Assembly (NCBI GenBank): GCA_977020255.1
Contig: CDROCS010001008.1
Location: 62,001 to 126,000, forward strand
DNA from: Obrimoposthia wandeli
Taxonomy: Eukaryota
Direction of reading: 5' to 3'
DNA: 64,000 nt
The notes under the pieces were generated by a model. That model was not told the origin of the DNA and ran no database searches. It saw only the letters and a program-made list of their open reading frames with translations. The position numbers and the translations under genes are program-made. This document shows positions 48,101 to 58,880 of this stretch, one piece after another. The number at the start of each line of letters is the position of its first letter. The stretch's first letter is position 1.

Positions 48101-51100
48101 GAAAAAAGGAAATAAATAGTTATCACGTACCTACTGACAGTAGTAAATAAACAATCCAGTAGTATATTAATCGTTAATTATTTCCCAGGACGTCAGTTAA
48201 ATATAATTAAATAGTAATGTAAACCTTAGAAAATATAATTTTATTAAACAATACAAATATTATTTATAGACCGCAAAGATATATATTTATTTTAGCCATT
48301 TTCTTGGCGACGCCATTTACTAAAAGAAACGTTTACTATCTTAGATCTAGAAATTTGGTTATTTACTCGAGTAACACCAAAAAAAATTACTGCAAAATTC
48401 ATCCAACAAATAAAACGCTATGAACTTCGGGAAAAAAGTGCGATAGTCTGTAAATTACTGTTTATATTAATAGATTTTACTAATAAAAAATGTCCAAAAT
48501 ATACGTGAAAAAATATAAAATGATATACCTGTGAATTGAAAATTGTCTTTCAGAACACAGTTCCGATTCTCACATACCAAATGGTCAGAGAATAGTAAAG
48601 AAAAAACATGAAATTTACAAGAAAAATTGATAGAGTCCAAAATAGGTTTCCTTCAAATTCTACCAAACAAAGATAAATCAAATGAAATATATTAAATATA
48701 TTAGCTCAACATAAGCAGTGATAGAAGAAAAAACTATATAAGAAAAGGGTTAATTGGTGGATGAATGAAATGGAGAACGAATAGTCGATTACCCATTTAA
48801 CTGATATTGAGAGGAAGGCTTTAAATGGTGTTCAGTATATTTTCTTTATTAAAGAAATTAATATGCGTATGGATAGTCTCAATATACTTGCTATTGAGAA
48901 ATTAACCAACGAATCTTGATCCTTGACTGACAACTGTGTGCGTGATCAATCATTGTAGATGTATCAAACAGCTGTAGCATTGGAAGCAGATGTTACCTGG
49001 CGTCCTCGTCAGCAGCTCCACCAGCGAATATGGACTTGACGAATATGCCGAGTTTCTGGAGACCGACGCTGTGACCTACTCCGAGGCCGAGAATGCTGAT
49101 TCCGAGACCCTTCTGACCTAAAGGAAGAGTAGGGGTAATTGTGGAAGGCTTTTGAGTGGAGCTTTGGACGATGACAGATGGAAGGATAAATAACAGTGTA
49201 ACAAAATGTTGTGCATTTTGATTTTTTTAAATTTTTACAAAGTAATATAATGATGGTGATTCCAAAAAAATTCACTCGTTTTATTGTAGCGTATCTCTCA
49301 CTTATCATAAGTTGTCAATTTTTTTAAAAAAATGTGAATTATCTAATAAACATGAATTGCTTTTTATATCTGTCGATGTACGCCGAATACAGACAATTCA
49401 GATAATTTAAATGACCGGAAAATAGACTACTGTCTGTCTAACATTGAAATAAACTTTCTGTTTTCCTATTCCTTTAGTATCTAGATTTGTATGTGCCCGT
49501 ATATTAGTATCATGTAGTCTAAATTTAGTGTCTTCTATGTAATGTACACTGACTTGAGCTTGCTATCCATTCAGTCGCTAATAAATTTGAAAAGGACCGT
49601 TAGAGTTAAAACTGATTGTGTGTGTACCTGCTCAATTGTTAAATTAAGCATATTTGCTGACGAATATATAAATGTTTTGTCAAAATATGTAAATTGTGAT
49701 TACATATTTTAATCTTTTAATTACCTTACAGATACAGCATTACATGGTTTACAATTTTATTTAAGTTACAATTTTGTAAGGTATTTTCAAACATCATATA
49801 AAATCAAATTATTACAAGACTACAAATTTACTTCCATTTCTTTATTTGAGTTCTGAAAATAAATTGGTTGAATAAAATTAGAAAACTTGAATCAAATTAT
49901 ATTTTGTAAGATATATAATTTATATATAAAATAATATGAAAGGATAGATGAATATGGATGATAGAATAGAGGAATGGGAGATTGCACAGATACATGAAAT
50001 GAAGAATATATAATTGAGTTGCAGGTTATGCGAGAGGATGAATGGGCAAGTAAATGTATCCATATGAATTCAGAAATATATTTACCAAACAACCAACATC
50101 GAACTATACTGATCTGTTATGAAATCCGTGGGCATAATCAATAATATCAGCACAAAGTACCAGCAATAAATCCCCTAGTTTTTTCAATTCCCATAATCCC
50201 TCGGGATACAAACTCATATGATCAGCTAAAACTGTCCCAAATTGTGGATCCACACCTCTACCATCCTATACAGAACTATCCAATCATCATATTATCTATT
50301 TGCCATGCAACATGTCTTGCCGAGGAAGATATTTTAGTATTGAATAAAATTGACAGTATCAGTGTATTTGGAATGCTTTTCAGCTGAATATCTCAATATT
50401 TCAATGAGTCAGATTGTCGGTATCGAGCAAATAAATTATGCCAAATGCTTATCATTTCGATGTGAAGGTGTTTCTCAAAATGAAATCTGGTACATATAAA
50501 AATAGATAATCTTTCATTTCTGAATGAGCTTCCTTCGGCATCAACATCATCATTGTCAGATGTGGACAAGTTACGCCGCAACGTAGACACATAAAAGTCG
50601 CATTAATTCTTAGTTTTCCCATAAAACTCGAATTAATGTTTAAAATATTCCTGATAAAAATGTTTGTAGCTCGCCAATTTTTTATTTCTCTATTGGTGGC
50701 TCATTTGTAGTCTTGGATTGCCCAGGCCTAGTCTAGAGAGTTATTATGTGTTCAATTATTTTTTAAATCCCTAAAATATAAAAAGAGGTAATAGGTTTTA
50801 TTAGAAAACTTCTTTTATTTCAAATAAAAATGGCAGTTTCAAAGTGTTTGAAGCATTTGAAATAACTTAGAATAATATGAGTAAGAAGATGATGAGTTGA
50901 GATATGAGAACAGAACTGACAGAAATGTTAACAGAGTGGTTTTAGCAGTTGACAACTGACTGATATGCTGTTTCTGTGACATATTCCACAGTACGACACA
51001 CACCACAATATACACTTCATATTCAGTAAATTCGGCAGACATCGTCACATTATTTGACATGGAAGCTTTATGAAGTATAAATCACAGAAAATATTATTTC

Positions 51101-54100
51101 TAACATTTCTAAAAATATTCTTCATTGATGTCGAACGATTTAATAAGGATGGCCCATTACAATTCTCTAGATCTACATGATAATAAGCTTTTCCAATAGC
51201 TAGCGTTGTAAATATTTTAGCATGACCCAGACAATCGAACAAGAGTTGTGCCTCCAGTATGGGAAGTGTAAATTTCTTGGTTACAGCATTCAATTGTCTA
51301 GCCAACACATATTTGAATTGTATTGTCGGGTTTCTTCACAGTGACCAATGGCGAGTTCCAAGAACTTTCACAACGCCTAATTACGTTTATTTTGAGTAAA
51401 TTTTCAATCATTTCATCAACTTGGTTTTCTAAATGCATCGGTTGTCGTCTAGGATTTTGACAAATTGGATCGGCAATAGTCTCAATCGTATGAGACAATT
51501 TTGGTAAATCCTATATCAAATCTAGAACACATAAATATTTTTCCAAATCCCTCAATATAATGTAATAGAATTGAGTCAATCGCATTTTAAAGAATTACAT
51601 ATTTTATTTGTTCTTTCTTTCGAGGAAAATAGTTTTCATTATTTAAGATGAGTCTAAAGTACATACTTCATGCAGCTTTATCTCGAATGTTTTCATTGTA
51701 TTGATTTCACCAATAAAATCTGGTTTAATTTCCTCTACAACAATTATTTCCAAAATTTTCTCCTTTCCATTCCACAACACCTTAGTATTAAACCTACCCA
51801 AACGTTGTTTATGACTACTCGAAACAACTTCGTTCAAATATAAATTTCTCTCTCTCTATCTCCTTTTATGACATCTCACTTTTTTCCAACAATCCTTACA
51901 CATTAAAGTAACTGATGTTTTGGTATTTCAACATTTACATTATTAATCCGCATTATAATCCATTCGCAACCATCATTCTTCATATACATCTTTTCATTCT
52001 GTTTTGGTTCTATATCCATGATATCACAGACGAAATGTGAGCAGTGGGATCGCTTACGTTTCATTGACAAACATCATAAACAAATATATTGTCACTATTA
52101 CAATTTTCTAAATCTTCATTATTTTCTACTACTTCTTCTGTTATACAAAGTACTCTTGAAGTTTTATGTGTGTTCTTTAAAAGATAGCAGCTGTTAAAAT
52201 TGTGACTTTCTTTTCCACAAATCAAATATTTACTTTCGGAAATGACCTTTTTCACCACAACAAAAATATGCTCCTGACAGTCGCTAGGTTAAGTTATGTT
52301 TTCTTATAACTATTTGTTTTAAGACAAATCTGTCTCTGACATTTGTCTGCTATTATTTTGGTTTTGTGCATATCTATTTATGTTTTTTCTTTATTAACAT
52401 CTATTTTTTCTTCATCGTGTACTGTAGTAAAAAAATTATCAAAACTAGAGAATTTATATAAGCCTTAGCAATGGACTATTACATAATTACATTAAAAGGT
52501 TCTATAATTAATTTAGTAAAATAAATTGGAGTTCAGTTGCGCTTCAAAAAATAAGTTAATATGTCAAATTATAGTTTTGTTTAAACAAATATAAAAAAAT
52601 TGAAGATACATGACAATAATTTCTATTATAATTATTAGCAAGTTTTGTTTAATGTCTTCTTGTTTCAATCTCATGCAGACTTTTTTGAACTTTGATAGTG
52701 CACGTTCAGCTGGATCATTCACGACAAGAGCTTTATTAATAATAGTTTTATCTATATTTTGGTAACTATCATTTCTGGAAAATTTCTCACTGGCCACCTC
52801 TTATAATTTACTTTGCCAATCATTTATTATGTATATAATTTTTGCTAAGGCTAGTTGCAAATAATATATTGCAGACACCCTAATACTGATTGTTTCTTCG
52901 TGTTGTTTGAGACATGTGTACGGTTGTATTCTCTTTTTAATGTATTATCATATGTATTCTGAACTTGTGCTATCTCAGTTTATTTTTCTCAATTTCGCTA
53001 TAAACTTTTGCCAACGCCTTTATTTCTTCTTTTGGTATCTGCGATTTTAATAAAAACTGTTCTTTCAGTTTTTCATTTATTACTCTATCTTTAATAAAAG
53101 CATCAGTCAGCTCATCTTTGTTATCATTGTTTACATCATGGCATTAACGAGTTTTCAAACTCTAATTATGAATGCTGAAAAATGATCGCCTTCTAATTGC
53201 TTCACCTTTGTGAGTTCACGTACTTTATCAATAAATTGATTTATTTTCTAATGTTCTTCAAGCCAATTAATGGCTTCAATTGCCGAATATACCGTTTCAC
53301 TGGCATCCTTCCATGATAATGCAGCTTCATCAGATAACAGCAAACCAAATGCATCCCCAATATAATGATCATTTGCGTCGACCCACTCTCTTATATATTT
53401 TAACCATTTTTCACTTTCCTAGAAATCGTCCCATCATATCTTCTTATGTTGAACTGCAACATCATTCTAGTCTATTTTAGAAGAGACGTGAGAATATTCT
53501 TCTTTGCTTGATTTCTCGTCAATACACTTATTTAGGCGTGGTCACCAGTTATGTTTTCCATCGTAGGCATAATTCAAAATAGTTAGATTCTACACCCAAG
53601 ATTTATTCATATAAACAGGGATTTAAGAACAGATATTCTCGGTAGGACATGTACGGCTTCTGATTATATAACTTGAATAAAAAATAATAAAGTTTATATT
53701 GTACTACTTAACGAAAGCCTTATGCTTATTTATGAGAGATAATGAAAACAATCAAGATACCTTTGTAAAGATCCACCGGGAATAGATTCATCTTCTCAAG
53801 TCGCTTCTCCATTTCGTACTCGGCCGAGGCGGACAGAGGGTCAATTTCCTCATTTCGGCGATTGTACTCGTCTGCTGTGTGCGTACTGTATACCTATGCG
53901 GATATATATACACTTTTAAAGTTTCTAATACGACACACTGTAATGAAAGAATATGAAAATTAGAAATTTGTGCGGACCTGATTACAAAGTAGAACAAATT
54001 TGATCTAAAAGTCTAAATTTTCCTTCAGAATGACTGAACCAATTAAAATTTCACAAATTTCAGAGTAATTCAAGATCATATACTTAAGAAAGTTGAAAAA

Positions 54101-56419
54101 ACCCTTCACTAACTAAGCAAATGTTGACCATCGTTTTCGAATCATTGGTTACAATGGAACCAGGCGCAATTGCTGACTTCAAAACCGGGCATACATCAAA
54201 TGAAATGTTAGTACCGAACTGGAGTAAGCTGGTTGAGGATGTTTGTTACATCGACGCGAAACTATTTAACTGGCCTGTTTTTAGGCTAAACTCAATCAAA
54301 ATAGGCTGCAGCAGTTCCTCTGAAGGAATTATTCTCCAACAAGACAAGACACGCAGAAAACGGAGAGAATTCGAAATCGGGGAAGGTTTAATTCGCCCAT
54401 CGTAAAGTCCAGATGCTGCTATACTTGAGTATCATTTGTTATAGTCGCTACAACATTCGTTAGTTGTAAATCAATGTCAACTTTCGTTTAGCTGTAACAG
54501 GTACGACAAAATGGATAATATAACATGTTTTTTTGAACAAATCCTGTTTTGAAGTAAAGTTCTTCTGTAAGATATCTCATAATATTTTACTTCAAATCCT
54601 CAGAATTCAATCGCCAACGGATTGAAAAGTTACCAGAAAAATGACATAACATTATTGATTCTAATGATACAAAATTTGATTAAAAAATGTTATTTGTTGA
54701 ATTTTAGTATTAAAAAAATGTTACAAGAATTATGAAGGTCACAAATTTATACAACTGAACTCGATCAAGCTATTTGAGGCTGCACTTTTGAATCATGTAA
54801 CTGTTGAAACATTGTGTGTAACTTGTATGCAATTACAAGGCAAGTTAGAACTTTTTATACTCACAATATATTGCGAGAGATTACATATTGGTTGGGAAAG
54901 TCTAGTCGGTCTGTAACAATAGGTCTCACAATTTACGAATCAATACTGTATTTAATCAAAAATACTAAATGTTGGCTTTCTTCAATTAATTTTAGATTTA
55001 TATATACCATCGGAGATTAATAACAATCCACTAAATTACAGTATGAGCCACCGCTAGACACACCGATAAAATGTCTTTAATCTCTGTCTAGTGATTTTAT
55101 ACCAATCTTAGATTTATTAGTCTTAGAAAAGGTTGCTTCAAGCGGGATGGGTATTTTCAGCGGTGGCGTTATTGACCATTTTATCGAGCATAACTAAAGC
55201 AGATAATTACTTGAACTTAAGAGCTGACATTCAATATCTTAATAGGAGTAATTGATTTCTAGACAAGACAGAGCACCAGAGCAGTACTCTTGATTGGATA
55301 TTGAATAATCAGGATCTCATAAAGACCGCAAATTTATAATTGAATGGTATCCCACACCTCCAGATCTGACTCTTAATTACCATTTCTTTGAGACGACATA
55401 AGCGATTTATATTTTGATACTATTCATTTACCTTCGAAATATCTTTAGTTATAAAAGTTTGTTATCGTAAATCTAGCAGTAGCCTACCCTTTCAAAATAA
55501 TGACACACAAAATATTCCACTTACTCTAACGGAGTCCAGAAAAAAGCGAATACGAGCACCGCTCCGCTGGTAGGTCCTTGGTTCGCGATTCTCCAGTAGG
55601 TACAGCTCGTCGGCTGTCAGGGACTCAGCCTCTGTGGACTCCGCCGGTCTCTCGAAGAAGAAGTGACCGTCCTCGAGAATGTGACACTCACTGTCAACTG
55701 CACACGTAAACAGAAAAGATCAGCTTTATGTGCTAAAACCTTAGGAGAAAAATGAATATTTCTTTGATGCTGCCAGAGCACAAAAATCATCAGAAATGCC
55801 AGGAGTGAGGAGTTGGAGAAAGAATCAAAAAGCGGAGCTATTAGTTTCGAAGTGTCTTGTGTGGTATATTTGCTGGAGATTTCGGGCTGAATGTGATGAA
55901 CACATAATCATCAGGTACACAGCAACATAAGAGCTTTGAGCATAATATGTGGTTTCAATTTGATCTTTGATTAAAACTGGTACATGCACTTTCCCTCTGA
56001 ACGTATAATTCTAAATTGAGATTGATGCATAAATATAATTATATGGATTACTACAAACCTGTACTTCATTTAATTTAACGTCAAGTAGAGAATATCATAA
56101 CTTAGTTGGTTAATCGTCTAGAACACTAAAAAATATTTCGTCACAAAATTTCAGATTTTTCGCATCAAAGGAAGTGGCATATTTTAGAGTATCAGGTAAT
56201 GCACACACTCAGGACGACCTCCTGCGGTCGAGGTGAGATCATGTCGTGAGTAATGACCGTCTTTTCCTGGTTGGTGTGTTCCAGATCGTAGTCTTCTACT
56301 TCTTCATTGTCTTCCTCCTGGACCTCGTCGGGGTCTCTGTCGCTGTTATCCAGAAGGTCCACCTCTTCAGCATTCTGGGGCCCCGTTTGTTTGAAATCTT
56401 CAGTATCCAGTAAGTAATC
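15029..56419 (-). CDS. PPP1R9A: Neurabin/spinophilin orthologue (PP1 regulatory subunit 9 family), 18 exons identified, 5'-partial (905 aa assembled)
   Basis: GT-AG exons chain with consistent phases (2718 nt). They encode LEDGHFF, RIRF (RVxF), [31 protein letters not shown], a PDZ domain ([12 protein letters not shown]...KLGIFVK...[25 protein letters not shown]), a coiled coil ([11 protein letters not shown]) and a C-terminal SAM. Confidence 0.93.
15200..15460. repeat. Purine-rich low-complexity (GAGT/GTGA) tract in the last neurabin intron
   Basis: Reiterated gtgagt/gagagt units. Confidence 0.8.
15703..15843 (-). CDS. PPP1R9A: Neurabin exon, SAM core
   Basis: ttacag|GAG...AAA|gtgag; [19 protein letters not shown]...[13 protein letters not shown]. 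Confidence 0.9.
15921..16063 (-). CDS. PPP1R9A: Neurabin exon
   Basis: tgtag|GT CCG...CAG|gtatg; followed by a 77-nt intron; Ser-rich. Confidence 0.82.
17175..18767 (+). mobile_element. Full-length Tc1/mariner (Tc3-like) DNA transposon, 1593 bp
   Basis: Perfect 27-bp TIRs CAGTGCTGGACAAAATATAAGCCAGTA (17175-17201, 18741-18767) and a TA duplication (17173-17174, 18768-18769). Inner copies of the TIR core lie ~200 bp inside each end. Confidence 0.97.
17529..18488 (+). CDS. Tc3-like DD34E transposase, intact (319 aa)
   Basis: [39 protein letters not shown]; 34 residues between the second D and E; N-terminal HTH with GRPR. Confidence 0.97.
   Translation: MARGNGLTEEEKCNIDRYNNEGLNPSQIAEKLTRSRGAVRNYLENKTSGQLGRPRSLDDRSVRLLCRKASNSTKSSAQLKSNLNLSCSSRTIRRRLSDNLVFLKMISKPNLTSRHIERRLLFARNNLSTNWSRIMFSDEKRFNLDGPDGLSSYWHDKRMPPMSKIRRQCKGGGIMIWGGFSKEGLTSLSFINVRMNSEKYQEVLTDHILPFTQKFDIFQQDNASVHASQSTRTWLAENNINILDWPACSPDLNPIENLWGIMVRDVYADSKQYASVNELKTGVLRAWEKIGQNTIDTLIHSMPNRIFELILKKGASTHY
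18816..19016 (-). CDS. PPP1R9A: Neurabin exon (phase 1-1)
   Basis: cacaag|TT GTT...GAT G|gttag; open frame, GC-rich. Confidence 0.75.
23340..24110 (+). pseudogene. Degenerate non-LTR retrotransposon (CR1/L2-like) RT and 3' end fragment
   Basis: [14 protein letters not shown]...[10 protein letters not shown]; bases 23890-24110 resemble 58690-58880. Confidence 0.7.
27167..27353. mobile_element. 187-bp MITE (Tc1/pogo-type ends)
   Basis: Perfect 26-bp TIRs CAGTCAGACCTCTACATAACGAACAC with TA on both flanks. Confidence 0.92.
29300..29450 (+). pseudogene. Tc1-like transposase remnant
   Basis: [23 protein letters not shown] resembles the first catalytic-Asp motif (VMDDESY...PGN..FY). Confidence 0.4.
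30616..30761 (-). CDS. PPP1R9A: Neurabin exon
   Basis: caccag|A TAC TCG...TCC G|gtgagt. Confidence 0.82.
30813..31200. repeat. ~92-bp intronic minisatellite, ~4.3 copies
   Basis: Unit starts (ttggg..aatgagaat) at 30813, 30900, 30992, 31084 and 31172. Confidence 0.92.
31332..31435 (-). CDS. PPP1R9A: Neurabin exon
   Basis: gtgcag|ATG ATG...CCT GA|gtgagc. Confidence 0.8.
34818..35107 (-). CDS. PPP1R9A: Neurabin exon
   Basis: acgcag|CC CAC...TCC|gtgagt; includes [10 protein letters not shown]...RKPPTK. Confidence 0.85.
35906..36056 (-). CDS. PPP1R9A: Neurabin exon
   Basis: ttcag|GTT GTG...GAG A|gttag. Confidence 0.8.
37975..38035 (-). CDS. PPP1R9A: Neurabin exon (coiled coil)
   Basis: gtgcag|G AAT...AAG|gttgg; [11 protein letters not shown]. 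Confidence 0.8.
39502..39719 (-). CDS. PPP1R9A: Neurabin exon (coiled coil)
   Basis: gtgcag|AAT GAC...CG|gtgag; [19 protein letters not shown]. Confidence 0.88.
39937..40152 (-). CDS. PPP1R9A: Neurabin exon
   Basis: ttcag|GAA ATA...CAG|gtac; 72 codons. Confidence 0.85.
40245..40305 (-). CDS. PPP1R9A: Neurabin small exon
   Basis: atccag|A GCC...AAG|gtacc; restores the phase between its neighbours. Confidence 0.75.
41493..41576 (-). CDS. PPP1R9A: Neurabin exon (PDZ end)
   Basis: ttgcag|C TTC ATC GTC GGC AGA GAG...GA|gtgagt; FIVGRE...SEIVRLV. Confidence 0.9.
44102..44280 (+). pseudogene. Mariner transposase C-terminal remnant; its first 105 bp recur at 45236-45340
   Basis: [10 protein letters not shown] / [12 protein letters not shown] matches the mariner C-terminus (F..GI..L..RW.KCI...G.YF). 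Confidence 0.6.
44938..45042 (-). CDS. PPP1R9A: Neurabin exon (PDZ)
   Basis: cacag|A ATC GAC...CA|gtgagt; [34 protein letters not shown]. Confidence 0.95.
48997..49117 (-). CDS. PPP1R9A: Neurabin exon (PDZ, GLGI loop)
   Basis: tttag|GT CAG...AG|gtaac; [35 protein letters not shown]. Confidence 0.95.
51045..52258 (-). pseudogene. Highly degenerate Ty3/gypsy relic (knuckle, protease region, RT start)
   Basis: [11 protein letters not shown]; [10 protein letters not shown]...[25 protein letters not shown]; LNAVTKK...[13 protein letters not shown]. Confidence 0.8.
52564..52797 (-). pseudogene. Possible DNA transposase C-terminal remnant
   Basis: [12 protein letters not shown] motif only. Confidence 0.3.
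53761..53893 (-). CDS. PPP1R9A: Neurabin exon (pre-PDZ conserved block)
   Basis: catag|GTA TAC...AAA G|gtatc; [44 protein letters not shown]. Confidence 0.95.
55525..55697 (-). CDS. PPP1R9A: Neurabin exon (PP1-binding RVxF)
   Basis: gtgcag|TT GAC...AGA|gtaagt; [11 protein letters not shown]...ARIRFF. Confidence 0.9.
56209..56419 (-). CDS. PPP1R9A: Neurabin acidic exon (donor position less certain)
   Basis: atgcag|GAT TAC; acidic open frame; the phase-1 donor A|gtgtgt is weak. Confidence 0.6.
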
Positions 56420-58429
56420 CTGCATCACAGCAGCAAAGTGGAATGATATGAACTGAGCTAGATGAAATACGGTAGACCATATATATTTAATATCTCCATC
56501 TTTATCTAGATATGAAGGGAAAGTCTACAAGCATGGTCTCAAACTCCAATGGGATTAATCTGAAAACAGTTTAAGGGTCAGATGTTTTGGTATATAAAAA
56601 TTTTATTTTAATTATTAAATTATTGGAGCGTCTTAAATTAACTTTTGGACTGAACCAGCTGTCATCATTATAAAAATATATTTTTCTGTAAACGTATTCG
56701 CAGCCCAATCAAAAGAAGATAATCAAATTTTTATTAAAATATTAGCTTTTTCTTTATGCAATTTCTACATTATAGTTTTATGTTTAGGGTATGTTTGAAG
56801 ACAACTATGAAATACAACGACTGCATTTTTTAAAATTATTTGAGAATCCCCCGGGGATTTGTAACACTTAGCGCGAGAATCACTGCTTTTAATAAATTTA
56901 TAATGGCGATAAACGTTATAATAGTCTAGAATGAGTTTTATATTGACGAAATCTGGACTAACCTGAAATTCCGGATTACTGGCAAGAAACTGAGCTAGCT
57001 CTTCCGACTGAACAAGTATTGGCTCTTCTTGGGTCACACTAAAGAAGCACATATTGAAGTCAGCATACACAAAACTCAAATACGGAAATTGGAGTCTTAG
57101 TAGTCTTGCATAATTGTGATTAAAAAAGGTCATATTAATAAAGAATTAAACTATATACACATATATTTACATCAATTTAACATTACATATTGTTTGTCCC
57201 TTTAGCTATTTTTTTTCTACGATGTAATAATTGATCAGTTTTCTGAGGCTTTCCTGATAATAAATAACTCTGGATATGAGCTGCGATTTCGCTGTTACAT
57301 ATTCACGTTTCCAACGATATCTTTCCACCTGTAAATTATTTTCGAGGGAGTTAATATCTGGGCCAGATAGAGAGCTAAATAGGATCTTAACCATATGCCA
57401 AAGAAATCATTTGTACATAAATGACATGTCCTTCAGGCAACCACTCTTCAATTTGTTTGTTCAGGCAACCATCCAAATTTCTCTTTTCTCATGGTATCTT
57501 CTACCAAATGAACACAGAAAGTGTTTGTATATATTAATTTTGCAAATACTGTATATCAAGCCTTGGCGATAAACATGGACATGGCGATAAAGTGGTCAAA
57601 AGTTCAAAATTGCAAACAATCGGTGTCTACAAGTATAAATTACGGAACAAATATAGCTGAATCAATAATCAGCACAAGATCTGTATTGACTTATTTTAAG
57701 CTTTAAAATCAAGAATGCAAACGCACAACAAAGCGAATTGGCGGACTAGAAAATATAATTTTATGGTTAACCAGATATGTCGAGATTCAAGATACGAATT
57801 AACGAAACCTATTGGGATGATCGAGTTTTTTAAAAATATTGAGAAGACTGCATCAAGTTACAAGCAATTTAAAAGAACTACATCAGTTAATTATGCTAGA
57901 TGAAAAGTTATACATTGGACCCTGTTTCCAATCAATTATTTCAGGAAAAAGAGTACGTTTGACCCAACAAAAAATAACATGTTTTTTTGTGATTTTGTAT
58001 CGACGAATAGTATTAATAAGTTTTATAACTGAAAACTAGAATGACTTGGGGTTTTTCATATTTTATGTTAGGGTTCTGTGACCTAAAACGATTGAAACCC
58101 CTGTTGTAGACTAAAGAGAAAGAATTTAATTCAATAGCAATAAAGCATGTTTTTATTATTTGGATGTAAGAAAAAATATAAACCTTATCGAGGAAGAAAG
58201 AAAGTAAAAAAATAACATTGACTGCATCCTCGATAAAAATATTATTTCAATTAATTGTCCAATTAATAAAGTGAAAACATTATGCAATAGTCATCAAAAA
58301 TATCTAATAAGAAAATACTTTACTAATGAGATAACTACAATATTAACACATGTGATTTTACATCAAGGCTTGATATTCAATTTTTTACTGTTTAATATTA
58401 ATGCTTACCAAATAAATTGCATATATTAT

Positions 58430-58880
58430 TTTTTACTAGGCCGTCAGAATTAAGTTTAAATTAAGAGAAAGTGCTAGAGGACACTTAATGAGGCTTTATT
58501 GGCTACCGATCAATGCCAGAATTGAATTCAAGATTCTACATATTATCAAAAGATGTATTCTCTCACAAAAGCCCAAATATTTATATGATTTTCTCGAACC
58601 TGAAGCAGTTAACGTGTACACGAATCTTAGGAGCAACAATGATGACAGTATATTAGTAAAAAACACTAAATTAACCAACAGGGTGATAGAATACATAAAA
58701 TTTATGCTCCTAATCTTTACAATAGACCGATGAATATAAGAAACTTTACCAATATAGAGAAATTCAAGAAGCAAATGAATACTTTACTATTTAGAAATAT
58801 TACAAAGAATAATGGAAAACAAAAGCGCATTTGAATGATAAATAATAGATTCATAAGATATTAGTGCTATATTAAATATA
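58430..58880 (+). pseudogene. CR1/L2-like LINE 3' fragment
   Basis: LYWLPINARIEFKIL...PKYL...NLRS; shares its 3' sequence with 23890-24110. Confidence 0.7.

Noticed and set aside
50393-50590. Extra neurabin exon (DNDDVDA resembles RNEDVDP)
   Set aside because: The true motif is in exon 53761-53893, and I found no phase-compatible donor here.
54121-54600. 94-aa plus-strand ORF, or an integrase/Merlin-like remnant on the minus strand
   Set aside because: Only vague motif resemblance (APGSIVTND); it cannot be assigned without a search.
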